A stretch of DNA of 64,000 bases, from contig CAVOID010000008.1 in NCBI GenBank assembly GCA_963695875.1, positions 160,001 through 224,000 of the forward strand. Reading direction: 5' to 3'. The position numbers were made by a program, and so were the translations under genes. The stretch is from an uncultured delta proteobacterium (GTDB taxonomy: Bacteria; Desulfobacterota; Syntrophia; Syntrophales; UBA2185). The notes beneath the pieces are model-generated. The model did no database searches. It was not told the origin of the DNA and worked only from the letters and a program-made list of their open reading frames with translations. Shown here piece by piece: positions 20,782 to 31,609 of the stretch. Every line of letters begins with the position of its first letter. Positions within the stretch are counted from its first letter, which is position 1.

Positions 20782-21961
20782 ATGACAAACGAGCTGACAT
20801 ACGTGGTGATCACACCATATAGTCTTATCAAATCCAGGACTGGTAATATTATTGCGCGGCTCATGTCATTTTCCGGCTGTGATCTGGTCGGTGTCCGGAT
20901 GATGCGGCCATCAGATGAGTTTGTCGACGAATATATCCGGCGCGTGAAAAATCTGAGCATTGATCCCAAAGTAGGAAAGGCACTTGTCGATTACATCGAT
21001 CAAAACCTGCGGCGTGAAAATATCCTCGGTCAGGCAAACCGGTGTCTGTTTCTCCTGTTTGAGGGCGAAAATGCTGTGGAGCAGGATCTACGAAGTTGTC
21101 GGCAAGCTCACAACAGAGACGGAATCGGAGGCCATTCGTGGAACTATTCGGGGGACTTACAGCGACTTTATTACCACCCCCGACGGAACAGTCAGATATT
21201 TCGAACCGGCTGTACTGGTGCCGACACATCTTGAATATGCGAGAAATAATTTAGAGTTGTTCGCACAGCTTGGATTCAACGACTCCGGTATCTATGAGGA
21301 GACTGCTGAAGGGGAAACGACACTGGTAATTTTAAAGCCGGACAATTTTTTCAAGCATTCCGTCCGACCCGGCAATATGATCGATATGTTTTCCAAGACA
21401 GGCCTCCGGATTGTCGGTGCACGCATGATCCGGATGAGTGCCGCTCAGGGTGAGCAGTTCTATGGATTCCTTCGGGATATGTTCAGGAGGAAACTCAAGG
21501 ATCGGATAGCGGAGAAGATCAGGGAGGGGATTGAAGGTCTATTCGGTTTCGAGATAACAAATGAAGAATACAAGGCCATGGCCAGTGTAATCACAGAAAA
21601 GAATGCTGCATATGAGTTTTCGCAAATCGTGAAATATATGACCGGTATTGATCCAAGCACAGTGTCACAGGAAGACCGCAACAAGCCGGGGACGCACCCG
21701 GCGCTTGCGCTCCTTTACCGCGGATATAGCGCGGTCGGGAAAATCCGCGAGCGCTTAGGCGAATCCGATCCGGCAAAAGCCGCGGCAGGTACAATTCGTT
21801 CCGACTTCGGGCAGAATATCTTGCAGAACGCTGCACACGCGTCCGACTCTGTCCAAAGGGCTATCCATGAACGGAAGATTATAGGTCTTTATGATAACGC
21901 CGGTGATGACTGCATACAAACTATCACAGACTGGCTAAAGGGTAGCTATAAAAAGTCTTAG
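20782..21961 (+). CDS. ndk: long two-domain nucleoside-diphosphate kinase, +1 frameshift near 21080
   Basis: TLVILKPD, GTIRSDFG and NAAHASDS (catalytic His) in the C-domain; the N-domain has TYVVITPY...GTIRGTY. Confidence 0.8.
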
Positions 21962-22018
21962 CTTAATGCTGGCTTGTAACTCCAGTCTACACTGAGGTAT
22001 TTACGAAGGAGGAATGAT

Positions 22019-22411
22019 ATGACTAAGCGAGACAAAGAAGATGCCAAGCACTGTGTAGAAAGGGCCGTGGCATTTTATAAGGCCTCCGGTAAAAGAATCG
22101 CTCTGGCTGAATACACAAATCCCAATGGTCAGTTTGTGAAGGATGAAATGTATATCTATGCCTTAAACCCCAGAGGAACCATGCTCGCACATGGAGTCAA
22201 TGAAAAATTTGTCGGGGAGGAATTCATTGACATCAAGGATTATGACGGCAAGGAGTTTATTAAGGAGATCGTCGATATAGCCAACAGAGAAGGCAGCGGC
22301 TGGGTGTCTTACAAATGGTATAACCCGGTAACCAAAGAGGTGCTCCCTAAGACCGTATATTTCAAGAAAGTAGATGACCTGATAATTTGCAGCGGTATCT
22401 ATGGGGAGTAA
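22019..22411 (+). CDS. stand-alone single Cache domain protein
   Basis: YIYA...GTMLAHG...D.DGKEFIKEI...GSGWVSYKW.NP...K..Y....DDLIICSGIY. Confidence 0.85.
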   Translation: MTKRDKEDAKHCVERAVAFYKASGKRIALAEYTNPNGQFVKDEMYIYALNPRGTMLAHGVNEKFVGEEFIDIKDYDGKEFIKEIVDIANREGSGWVSYKWYNPVTKEVLPKTVYFKKVDDLIICSGIYGE

Positions 22412-22475
22412 TTTATTCATAGTCACCCCATTTGGGAAGCAATCATTGCCCGGTTAGATTTGTAAGAAATATTAC

Positions 22476-23235
22476 CTACGAAAAGTTACGCCTGATTCTG
22501 TTTTTTACTTTCTCCCATGATCTGGTGATGAGAAAGCTTTCTTCCATGTTGTCTACCATGCGGACGAATTTGGGCCAGGGGATGGCAAATGTCAGCACAC
22601 CGGCAGGAACGAACGGCCGGGCAGAGACATCGAACATACCTAAGACAGCGCGGGACCGCTCGTTTTTGAGCTCTTTATAAGGATAATCCACGATGGATCC
22701 GCAGCCCGCGCAGAAAGGTGCTATAACACCGCAAGGTTCCGGTTCATCGAAATTCGCTAGAGTGAAGAGACCGGAAAGTACATCGGGAGGTGCAAAGAAA
22801 ATAATCACCAGAGGTTTGTCGCCTTTCTCCATACTGTCCCATCTTTTAAACATAATGTATTTTGCAGGTGCCTTGAATGACGTCTGATGTTTCATATGTT
22901 CTGTGACCAGTTCCGGTGATTTCTTATACCTTTCGCCCTCAAGCTTTCCCGGGATGCCATAGGAAAGAAAGTATTCAAAGTTAGGCATCTGCATTTCCTC
23001 AAAGCCCAGGTATCGCTTCCCGCCTCCGCAGCCAATGGAATTAACGTCAAAACATAAATGTCTTGCCGGCACGGACTTTTGCCAGATCACAGATGATGCA
23101 TCGATGCCCTTTCGGAGTTTTCGGCATAACCTTTTTGTCTTCCACATCAGTGTAATAAAAGCCAATGGGCAAATCAGCACCGGGAAAGTATTTATTCCAT
23201 TTTTCGATGAATCCTTCCTTAAATTCCTTATCCAT
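22476..23235 (-). CDS. DUF169 family protein, +1 frameshift near 23057
   Basis: LPIGFYY, CIICDL, GCGGGKRYLGF and PFCAGCGSIVDYPY joined across frames. Confidence 0.75.
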
Positions 23236-23250
23236 GGCGAGCCTCCTTTT

Positions 23251-24049
23251 TTATTTCAAGGCGTGTTTTATTTCCCTGACAAATGATGATGCGATTTGTA
23301 TCAGGTTTTCATTGCCGCTGTTTTTTTCAATTAGATCGACGAATGCGCTTCCAACTACGATGCCATCCGCGTAAGATGCTATCTCTGCGGCTTGCGCCGG
23401 CGTCGATATGCCAAAGCCTATAACGAGGGGTAGGGCGGTTAATTTCCGGATGCGTTCCACATCTGTTTTTATGTTTTCAATGAGTGGCTTTGCCGTTCCG
23501 GTTACACCGGTTATGGAGATATAGTAAAGGAACCCTGTGGCATTTTTTGAGATACTAAGGATACGTTTGTCATTGGTTGTCGGTGCAACAAGAGAAATGA
23601 AATCGAGGCCGGTAAAATCTGTGTACTGTCTGAGTTCGTGTGATTCTTCCGGCGGAAGATCAACGACGAGAATACCGTCTACGCCGACTTTTTTAGCTCT
23701 CAGGGCAAATCGCTCACTTCCATATGAGAAGATGGGGTTGTAGTAGCCGAACAGGACGATGGGAATATCACAGTCGTTCCGGAGGAATTCAATCATATCT
23801 AGGATGCCGGAAAGTGTCGACGCCACTGCGCAGAGCCCTCTGTGAGGCAGCCTGAATGATCGGGCCGTCCGCTGTTGGATCAGAAAAGGGGACGCCTATT
23901 TCAAGAATGTCAACGCCTGCCTCCTGAAGTCCAAGGACAAGACGGTGGGTCGTTTCCAGATCCGGGTCACCAGCTGTAATGTATACAACTAATGCTTTCT
24001 GATTTTTTTGTTTAAGGTCACTGAATTTCTGTTCAATTCTGCCGGTCAT
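23251..24049 (-). CDS. trpA: tryptophan synthase alpha chain, +1 frameshift near 23820
   Basis: [42 protein letters not shown] and GFGIS motifs. Confidence 0.95.
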
Positions 24050-25242
24050 TGATGGTTCTCCATTCTCTGTGTGATTATTTCCGCATCTTTATCCCCTCTT
24101 CCTGAAAGGTTGATCACGATGATCTTATTCTTATCGAGGGTAGGAGAAAGTTTCATGGCATAGGCCACTGCATGGGCACTTTCCATGGCCGGGATGATCC
24201 CTTCACATTTGGAAAGAAGCATGAAAGCACGGATGGCCTCCTCATCATCGACACTTACGTACTTTGCTTTGCCTGTGTCTCTGAAATAGCCATGTTCCGG
24301 TCCAACACCCGGATAGTCAAGACCGGCAGCGATGGAATAGGCATCCTGTATCTGGCCGTTTCCGTCCTGAAGCAGATATGTCTTATTGCCGTGAAGGACG
24401 CCGATACTTCCCGCAGATATGCTTGCTGCATGATGTCCTGTCATAATGCCTTTTCCTGCAGCCTCAACACCGATCAGTTCAACACCGGGAGAGTCCTTAA
24501 AGGGATAGAAAAGTCCCATGGCATTACTCCCGCCGCCAATACAGGCAATAAGGATATCGGGAAGTCTCCCTTCTTTTCTCAAAATTTGTTTTTTTGTTTC
24601 CTTACCGATGATGCTCTGGAATTCTCTGACCATCATTGGATAAGGATGTGGCCCTGCCGTCGTACCGATTACGTAAAAGGTGTCTCTCACCCGTGATACC
24701 CAGTGCCGCATTGCCTCATTCATGGCATCCTTGAGTGTTGCTGTTCCGGAGGTCACAGGAACGACTTCGGAGCCGAGTATCTTCATGCGGAAGACATTGG
24801 GGGCCTGACGTCTGATGTCCTCTTCTCCCATGAAGATCCGGCACTCCATCCCGAAAAGAGCGGCAACCGTTGCTGTGGCGACGCCATGCTGACCGGCGCC
24901 CGTTTCCGCAATAACCCTCTTTTTGCCCATACGCCTGGCAAGCAAGGCTTGCCCCAGGGTATTGTTGATCTTGTGTGAACCGGTGTGATTGAGATCTTCA
25001 CGCTTCAGGTATATCCTTGCACCTCCAAGCTCTTCGGTGAGACGCTTTGCGTAGTAGAGAGGGGTTTCCCTGCCGGCGTATTCTCTAAGGTAGTAGGCGA
25101 ATTCATCTCTGAACGCCCTGTCTTTTCTTGACGCCCTGTAAGCCTTCTCGAGCTCAATGAGGGCGGGCATCAGGGTTTCCGCGACATAGCGGCCGCCGAA
25201 TATTCCGAAGTGTCCCTTTTTATCGGGTAGTGATGGCTCCAT
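24046..25242 (-). CDS. trpB: tryptophan synthase beta chain
   Basis: [32 protein letters not shown] and LSGRGDKD motifs. Confidence 0.97.
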   Translation of the reverse strand: MEPSLPDKKGHFGIFGGRYVAETLMPALIELEKAYRASRKDRAFRDEFAYYLREYAGRETPLYYAKRLTEELGGARIYLKREDLNHTGSHKINNTLGQALLARRMGKKRVIAETGAGQHGVATATVAALFGMECRIFMGEEDIRRQAPNVFRMKILGSEVVPVTSGTATLKDAMNEAMRHWVSRVRDTFYVIGTTAGPHPYPMMVREFQSIIGKETKKQILRKEGRLPDILIACIGGGSNAMGLFYPFKDSPGVELIGVEAAGKGIMTGHHAASISAGSIGVLHGNKTYLLQDGNGQIQDAYSIAAGLDYPGVGPEHGYFRDTGKAKYVSVDDEEAIRAFMLLSKCEGIIPAMESAHAVAYAMKLSPTLDKNKIIVINLSGRGDKDAEIITQRMENHQ

Positions 25243-25273
25243 AATATTTCCTCTTATATATAAATTTCCGGGC

Positions 25274-25921
25274 TTAAGATGGTGCAAATATCGTTACCGG
25301 ACTTTTTCTCTTAATCGCATGTACCATCTTAATGATGTTTTTCATTTTTTCCGAGTCTTTCTTTTGTGGTGAAACTTCAACACCGCTGTTAACATCAACG
25401 GCATTTGGTAAAACCGTCTCGATTGCTTCCAGAATATTGTCGGGATTCAATCCACCGGAGAGAACGAGCGGATGCATTTCCTTCAACTCCATTGCCAATT
25501 CCCAGTTGGACTTCCTTCCCGTTCCTCCGTAAAGGCCGGGATCACGCGCATCTATCAGGATAGCCTTTACAGGGTAATTTTTTACAATGCTAATGTCATC
25601 CTCACTCCGGGGAGATAACGCCTTTATCAGTATAGATTCCGGGAACTGCCCACAGTATTCAGGCGATTCATCACCGTGAAGCTGAATGAGGTCGAGTCCG
25701 CAGAATTCATATATATCGTTTACCTCTTTAATCTCGTTATTTACAAAGACACCCACTGTTATGGTATGTTTTGGCAGATTTTCCATTATTTGCTTTGCCA
25801 TTTGCGGGTCAATATATCTCGGGCTTTTCTTGTAAAAGATAAACCCCAGGGCATCGACACCATATGTGCAGGCATTAATTGCGTCTTCCAGATTGGTGAT
25901 GCCACAAATCTTTATTTCCAT
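25274..25921 (-). CDS. trpF: phosphoribosylanthranilate isomerase
   Basis: KICGIT, QLHGDES, GGTG and VDVNSGVE motifs. Confidence 0.95.
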   Translation of the reverse strand: MEIKICGITNLEDAINACTYGVDALGFIFYKKSPRYIDPQMAKQIMENLPKHTITVGVFVNNEIKEVNDIYEFCGLDLIQLHGDESPEYCGQFPESILIKALSPRSEDDISIVKNYPVKAILIDARDPGLYGGTGRKSNWELAMELKEMHPLVLSGGLNPDNILEAIETVLPNAVDVNSGVEVSPQKKDSEKMKNIIKMVHAIKRKSPVTIFAPS

Positions 25922-25931
25922 TGCTGATACC

Positions 25932-26708
25932 TCATTCAGCACCCAAAAGCTCTCTCAACTTTTTTCCGATATTATCGGAAAGCATCAGGGTCTCGCCAAT
26001 CAAAAATGTATGGATTCCCGCCTTCATTAATGTCTCGATATCACGCCTGGTATGTATGCCGCTTTCACTGATTACAATCTTGTCTGTGGGTATATGCGGT
26101 GCTATATCCAGAGAGGTTCTCAGATCTGTAGAAAATGTCTTAAGATCCCTGTTGTTAATCCCTATGATGCAGGCTTCAGCAGCAAGAGCCTTATCCAGTT
26201 CACCCCGGGAATGAATTTCAACAAGCGCAGAAAGACCGAGCGATTCGGCAAGGTGAATATATTCTCTCAACTGCTCCTCTTCCAGGAGGCCTGCGATGAG
26301 GAGGAGGGCATCCCCGCTAAGACTCCGTGTCTCATATATCTGGTACGTGTCGATGATGAAGTCCTTTCTTAACAGGGGAAGAAGGACATTATTTCTTATA
26401 TCTCCAAGATATTTTTCATCACCGCCAAAAAATTGCTTATCAGTGAGGACGGATACTGCTGCAGCACCGTTTCTCTCATAGATGGAAGCGATTTTGATGG
26501 GATCAAAATCTTCCCTGAGGATTCCCCTGGAAGGAGAGTGCCTTTTTACCTCGGCAATAATGGCACATTCCTTTCCGTTGATCGCTTTCCGGAAATCACG
26601 GACAGGAGGAAGGTCTCGAAGAACCGCTTTCAATTCCTGGAGGGGCCTGGTTTGCTTTAAAAGGGCGACTTCCTCTTTTTTGACGGATATAATCTTGTCT
26701 AAAATCAT
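25932..26708 (-). CDS. trpC: indole-3-glycerol phosphate synthase
   Basis: IIAEVKRHSPS, SVLTD, LRKDF, GINNRDL and SESGI motifs. Confidence 0.96.
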   Translation of the reverse strand: MILDKIISVKKEEVALLKQTRPLQELKAVLRDLPPVRDFRKAINGKECAIIAEVKRHSPSRGILREDFDPIKIASIYERNGAAAVSVLTDKQFFGGDEKYLGDIRNNVLLPLLRKDFIIDTYQIYETRSLSGDALLLIAGLLEEEQLREYIHLAESLGLSALVEIHSRGELDKALAAEACIIGINNRDLKTFSTDLRTSLDIAPHIPTDKIVISESGIHTRRDIETLMKAGIHTFLIGETLMLSDNIGKKLRELLGAE

Positions 26709-26717
26709 GTCAGCAAA

Positions 26718-27728
26718 TCATCTATTACTCAGATCAATCAGGCCCTGCAGCTTTTTAACAGCAGTGCCGCTGTCAATGCAAGCCTGTGCTATTTCGATCC
26801 CTTCCCTGAGTGTTCTTGCCTTTTCTCCCGCCATAATTGCCAGGGCGGCGTTTAGGACAACAATATTTCGACAGGCCTCGTTTTGGCCAGTTAGTACATC
26901 CTTAGTGATCTGCGCATTAAATGAGGCATCACCACCTGTAAGCGTCTCACCCGGGAAGATTTCACCGAAAAAATCAACGGGGTTGATATTATAAGTATTT
27001 ATAAGGCCATTCTTCAGTTCCGTTACCCGCGTTTCACCGGTAACGGTTGCTTCATCAAGACCGTCTGATCCATGAACGACGAAAGCCCTCTTCGTGCCAA
27101 GATTTTTCAGTACACCGGCAAACATCTCCGTTAACCGGGGATTATAAACTCCAATGAGCTGAGATGTGGCCCCGGCCGGGTTTGTCAGGGGTCCCAGCAT
27201 ATTGAAAATTGTCCTGATCCCGATTTCCCTTCGTGGACCGATAGCGTATTTCATTGCTCCATGCAATTTAGGCGCAAACAAAAAGCCGATCCCGATTTGA
27301 TGGATACATTCTTCTACTATCTCCGGCGGTGCATTGATGTTAACGCCCAAGGCCTCAAGGACATCGGCGCTTCCACAACCGCTGGAGACGGCGCGGTTTC
27401 CATGTTTGGCAACTGTAAGGCCTGCCGCCGCAACGACAAAAGCGGCAGTTGTTGAAATATTAAAAGTTTTCATTGCGTCTCCTCCGGTGCCACAGGTATC
27501 CACGATGACCGAAGAGCGTGCATCTATCCTTGTTGCTTTTTGTCTCATGATGCGGGCAGCCCCTGTAACCTCATCAACCGTTTCACCCTTGATCCTGAGT
27601 CCCGTCATGAAGGCAGCGATCTGTGCGGGCGTCGCATTTCCCTCCATAACTTCATTCATGACTTCCATCATTTCGGTCTCATTTAAGTTTCCATGATCTA
27701 CTAGCTTTGCAATTGCTTCCCTGATCAT
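26718..27728 (-). CDS. trpD: anthranilate phosphoribosyltransferase
   Basis: DTCGTGGD, NIST, KHGNR, GSADVLE and FNMLGPLTNP motifs. Confidence 0.97.
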   Translation of the reverse strand: MIREAIAKLVDHGNLNETEMMEVMNEVMEGNATPAQIAAFMTGLRIKGETVDEVTGAARIMRQKATRIDARSSVIVDTCGTGGDAMKTFNISTTAAFVVAAAGLTVAKHGNRAVSSGCGSADVLEALGVNINAPPEIVEECIHQIGIGFLFAPKLHGAMKYAIGPRREIGIRTIFNMLGPLTNPAGATSQLIGVYNPRLTEMFAGVLKNLGTKRAFVVHGSDGLDEATVTGETRVTELKNGLINTYNINPVDFFGEIFPGETLTGGDASFNAQITKDVLTGQNEACRNIVVLNAALAIMAGEKARTLREGIEIAQACIDSGTAVKKLQGLIDLSNR

Positions 27729-27810
27729 TTTATATGCTCCTTTTTCATCTAAGAATCCCCATCTCTTTCCCTCCCCGCCGATGCGGGGGGACTGACGGCG
27801 AAAGTGTTCA

Positions 27811-28390
27811 TCAAGAAGTTTTATTAACCAGTCCTAAGAAATTCTTGATAATCCGCTTTCCATGTGGCGTCAAGATCGATTCAGGATGGAATTGTATACC
27901 TTCCACAAGGTACTCCTGATGCCTGATGCCCATGATTTCTCCTTCTTCTGTCTCTGCGCTGATCGAAAGGCAGGACGGAAGGGAAACTTTCTCCACAAGC
28001 AGGGAGTGGTAACGTCCTGCAGTAAAAGGGTTTGGCAGATTCCTTGAAGATGGAATTTCCATCATGAAGGATCTGCGAGGTTTTACCATGCATGAGCCTT
28101 CCGGCTCTGACCACGTTGCCACCAAAGGTATAACCGATGGCCTGATGCCCCAGACAGACCCCCATGATTGGTACTGATTTATGAAATTCTCTGATAACAT
28201 CAACGGTGATTCCGGCTTCCTTTGGTGTGCATGGCCCGGGTGACAAAAATATGGCATCGGGTGCAAGCTTCCTGATTTCATCTATGGTTATCACATCATT
28301 CCGGTAGACCGCGACATCCTGGCCTAACTGGCCTAAATACTGAACGAGGTTGTAGGTAAAGGAATCGTAATTATCGATCATCAAAATCAT
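27811..28390 (-). CDS. trpG: anthranilate synthase component II, +1 frameshift near 28042
   Basis: IDNYDSFTYN, SPGPC and GVCLGHQ, then RYHSL and QFHPES in the next frame. Confidence 0.95.
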
Positions 28391-28401
28391 GGCATGCTCC
28401 T

Positions 28402-29900
28402 TCAGCTGTTCTTCTTTATTTCAAATCCCGAAGCGGCAAGGCGTATTGCCTGCATCATTCCCTCACCCTTATTGACGGTTTCCTGATATTCCTTATCTGG
28501 GTCAGAATCGGCTACAATGCCGGCGCCAACCTGGATAAAAATCTTCCCGTCTTTGACTAGTATGGTTCTAATGGTTATGCAGAGATCCATATTCCCCGTA
28601 TAACTGAAGTATCCTACAGCACCTCCGTATGGTCCGCGCATGGTAGGCTCAAGTTCATCGATGATCTCCATGGCTCTCACCTTCGGTGCACCGGACAGTG
28701 TGCCGGCAGGGAAGGTTGCTCTCAGGACATCAAAACAGTCTTTTCCCTCAGATAATTGTGCCTGGATATTTGTGACAAGGTGCATTACATGGGAATACCG
28801 TTCTACACACCATAAGTTGATTTACCTGGACACTCCCGATCCGTGCTATCCTTCCCAGGTCATTTCTCCCCAGGTCAACCAGCATGACATGTTCCGCCCT
28901 CTCTTTGGGATCTTCGAGAAGCTCGTCGGCAAGGTGCCTGTCTTCCTGTTCGTTTTTCCCCCTTCTCCTTGTTCCGGCAATAGGTCTTAGTTCGGCTATT
29001 CCTTCTTCAAGGCGAACCATGACCTCGGGAGAGGAACCGATAAGAAACATATCATCAAGTTTGAGGAAAAAAAGGTAAGGGGATGGATTTACGTAACGAA
29101 GGGCACGATATAAATTAATTGGATCAATCCCGTTTTCTGTGTGAAATCGCTGTGAGAGGACAACCTGGATGATATCACCGGCAACAATGTATTCCTTTGC
29201 CATTCTGACAATGGACTTAAAAGCTTCAGGTGACATATTGGATTGGAGGGCGGCTTCGTTTTTCACCTTCTGATATTGTTCCTTTGTTTTCCAGGGGGGT
29301 TCTCAGGATATTGATCATCTCTTCTATCTTTTTGATTGTCTCGTTGTAGACCGTCTCAGGATCTTTATTATCTTCAATGAAGGCGCTCGAAACTACTTTA
29401 ATCGTGTGTCTGATATTATCAAAGACGATCAGGGTATCAGTAATGATAAAGATTGAATCGTCAGTCTTCAGGTCATCATGAGGCTTAGCATCAAGCTTTT
29501 CAAAATATCTAACCATATCATAACCTAAAAATCCAACGGCTCCACCATAAAACCGGGGTAGTCCATCCACAGGAACGGGGCGATAGATGTTAAGTAAATT
29601 TTTCAGAAATCTTAGGGGATCTCCATCGTGTTTGTAACAGTGAACCTTGTCATTTTCGTGGATCAGGACATCCTCACCTTTGACCTTGAAAATTATGCGG
29701 GGATCTGATCCAAGAAAGGTGAAACGTCCCCATTTCTCGCCACCTTCCACGCTCTCCAGAAGAAAGACATGGGATTTTGACCTTAGTTTCATGAGGGCCG
29801 ATACGGGTGTTTCTATGTCGGCCAGGATTTCCTTGTAGACGGGGATCAAATTGCCCTGGCAGGTAAATTTTTTGAATGTATCAATGTCCGGATAATACAT
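28402..29900 (-). CDS. trpE: anthranilate synthase component I, +1 frameshifts near 29258 and 28806
   Basis: [60 protein letters not shown] and [10 protein letters not shown] motifs. Confidence 0.95.
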
Positions 29901-29924
29901 GATTAATATTCCTTTTCTCCATTT

Positions 29925-30060
29925 TACAAAATAAAAAAGGCCGCTTATCATCACGGCCTCTTTGTTACACTCAAACATAAAAAAGCCGTGGAGACCGCAA
30001 GAGGTCTCCACGGCTTGTGCTTCAATTAATGAGAAGTTAGCGGTGGACAAACCTCTTTGT
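29925..30060 (-). promoter_or_regulatory. trp operon transcription attenuator: antiterminator plus two tandem terminators
   Basis: Terminator 1 is a 14-bp stem (29983-30016) with U-tract. Antiterminator arm AAGAGGT..TCCAC.GCT (about 30038-30057) pairs with AGC.GTGGA.ACCTCTT. Terminator 2 lies at 29931-29963. Confidence 0.9.
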
Positions 30061-30105
30061 TGAATTCTGCCACCACCAATTAATGTTTGAAAATTTTTGC
30101 TTCAT
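30037..30105 (-). CDS. trpL: trp leader peptide MKQKFSNINWWWQNSTKRFVHR
   Basis: 22-aa ORF with three consecutive TGG codons directly upstream of the attenuator and trpE. Confidence 0.9.
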   Translation of the reverse strand: MKQKFSNINWWWQNSTKRFVHR

Positions 30106-30136
30106 ATTCTATTCGCATGTATAAAAAGTTGAACGA

Positions 30137-30165
30137 TTTATAGCAATGTTTAAGGCTAGTGTCAA
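30137..30165 (-). promoter_or_regulatory. sigma-70 promoter of the trp operon
   Basis: Minus strand TTGACA-17 bp-TATAAA. Confidence 0.75.
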
Positions 30166-30525
30166 TAGTATTTTTTATGATCATGATTTACATGTATGAT
30201 CTGACTATAAAGTGCATATCGTACGGTTTTTAGCCATGCATTTTTTTATAGAGCTCGTTCAGAGAGCTCGAATTTTGGTTAAAGTATCTGCCTGAACCGA
30301 CATGATTTATAACAGAGTGTTGATAAGGACTGTACAGACGATTTGCCCAGAGACCTGAGGCAACTTGTTTGGGTGTATATTCTTTGCCTGTTGATTTTTG
30401 CAGAAACAATTTGTAAAAGAATTATTTAGGATTTCCACCAGGGCCTGTCTGATACCTCAAATGTTCTTGTCGGGGAGGGAATGACTCATATATCTACTTT
30501 GCAAATAATAGAGGAGTGAAGACAT

Positions 30526-31563
30526 ATGTTTGCTGACATTCTGACAATCAAAAAGCTGCTGCTGCCTTTGATAATCATTGTTGCTGGATTTCTCACAGGA
30601 ATAATATTTGAAAAAATCATCCTTAGCAAGATCAGAAAGCTGTCCTCAAAAATAAAATGGGAGAGTGATGAAATATTTATTAAGGCACTTCGCGGAACGA
30701 CTACGGTTTTATTCCTTTTGGCGGGTATTTACCTGGCTCTGGAGAGCATTGAGTTAAGTCCTGATCTCTTAAATTTTATTCACAAGGCTTTACTGGTACT
30801 TGTTATCTTTTTCGTAACTGTGGTTTTATCGAGAGTCTCCGTCGGTTTTGTGAATGTATACAGCAAAAGGGTGGGCGGGGCTTTCATATCGACGTCAATG
30901 TTCGCAAACATAACGAGGATCTTGGTTTTAGTAATTGGTATTCTCATAATACTTCAGTACCTTGGAATATCCATCGCACCTATACTCACCGCACTGGGGG
31001 TAGGCGGACTTGCCGTTGCCCTTGCCCTTCAGGATACCCTTAGCAATTTATTTGCCGGCATCCACGTGATTGCATCAGGCCAGTTAAAACCCGGGCATTA
31101 TCTGAGGCTGAGCAGTGGCGAAGAGGGATATGTTACGGATATAACATGGCGATACACTACCATTCGATCGCTGCAGAATAATACTATAATTGTTCCAAAC
31201 TCAAAATTGGCGTCAGCAATTGTTACAAACTTTAATATCCCGGACGAGGATATACTGACGTCTATTGAAGTGGGCGTGAGCTATGACAGTGACCTTGACA
31301 AGGTTGAAAGAGTGACAATTGAGGTTGCCAGAGAAGTCATGAAAGACATAAGGGTGGGTGTACCGGACTTTGAACATGTTATTACTTACAAAAAGTTTGC
31401 TGATTCAAGCATTAACTTCGACGTGTATCTTCATGTAAGAGAGTTTGTCGATCAATATACCGTTAAGCATGAGTTCATCAAGAGGCTGCATAAACGCTAC
31501 AGGGAAGAAGGGATTGACATTCCCTTTCCTGTCAGAACAGTTTACATGAAGGAAGAAATTTAA
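30526..31563 (+). CDS. mscS: small-conductance mechanosensitive channel
   Basis: GVGGLAVALALQDTLSNLFAG, EGYVTDITWRYT, VPNSKL and GIDIPFP motifs. Confidence 0.92.
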   Translation: MFADILTIKKLLLPLIIIVAGFLTGIIFEKIILSKIRKLSSKIKWESDEIFIKALRGTTTVLFLLAGIYLALESIELSPDLLNFIHKALLVLVIFFVTVVLSRVSVGFVNVYSKRVGGAFISTSMFANITRILVLVIGILIILQYLGISIAPILTALGVGGLAVALALQDTLSNLFAGIHVIASGQLKPGHYLRLSSGEEGYVTDITWRYTTIRSLQNNTIIVPNSKLASAIVTNFNIPDEDILTSIEVGVSYDSDLDKVERVTIEVAREVMKDIRVGVPDFEHVITYKKFADSSINFDVYLHVREFVDQYTVKHEFIKRLHKRYREEGIDIPFPVRTVYMKEEI

Positions 31564-31609
31564 GTGAATCATGCTCCTCGTTGCCGGAGCAATGAAGATT
31601 CTTTTTAAG

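Noticed and set aside
1353..29900. Decay of aromatic amino acid biosynthesis (aroF, trpE, trpG, trpA broken) implying auxotrophy
   Set aside because: Unrelated genes (sppA, ndk, pfkA, slt) carry the same +1 insertions, no nonsense mutations were seen, and the trp promoter and attenuator are intact. Sequencing error is more likely.
29900..30050. 50-aa N-terminal extension of TrpE in the ORF track
   Set aside because: It runs through the attenuator hairpins; the real start is about 29900 behind AAGGA.
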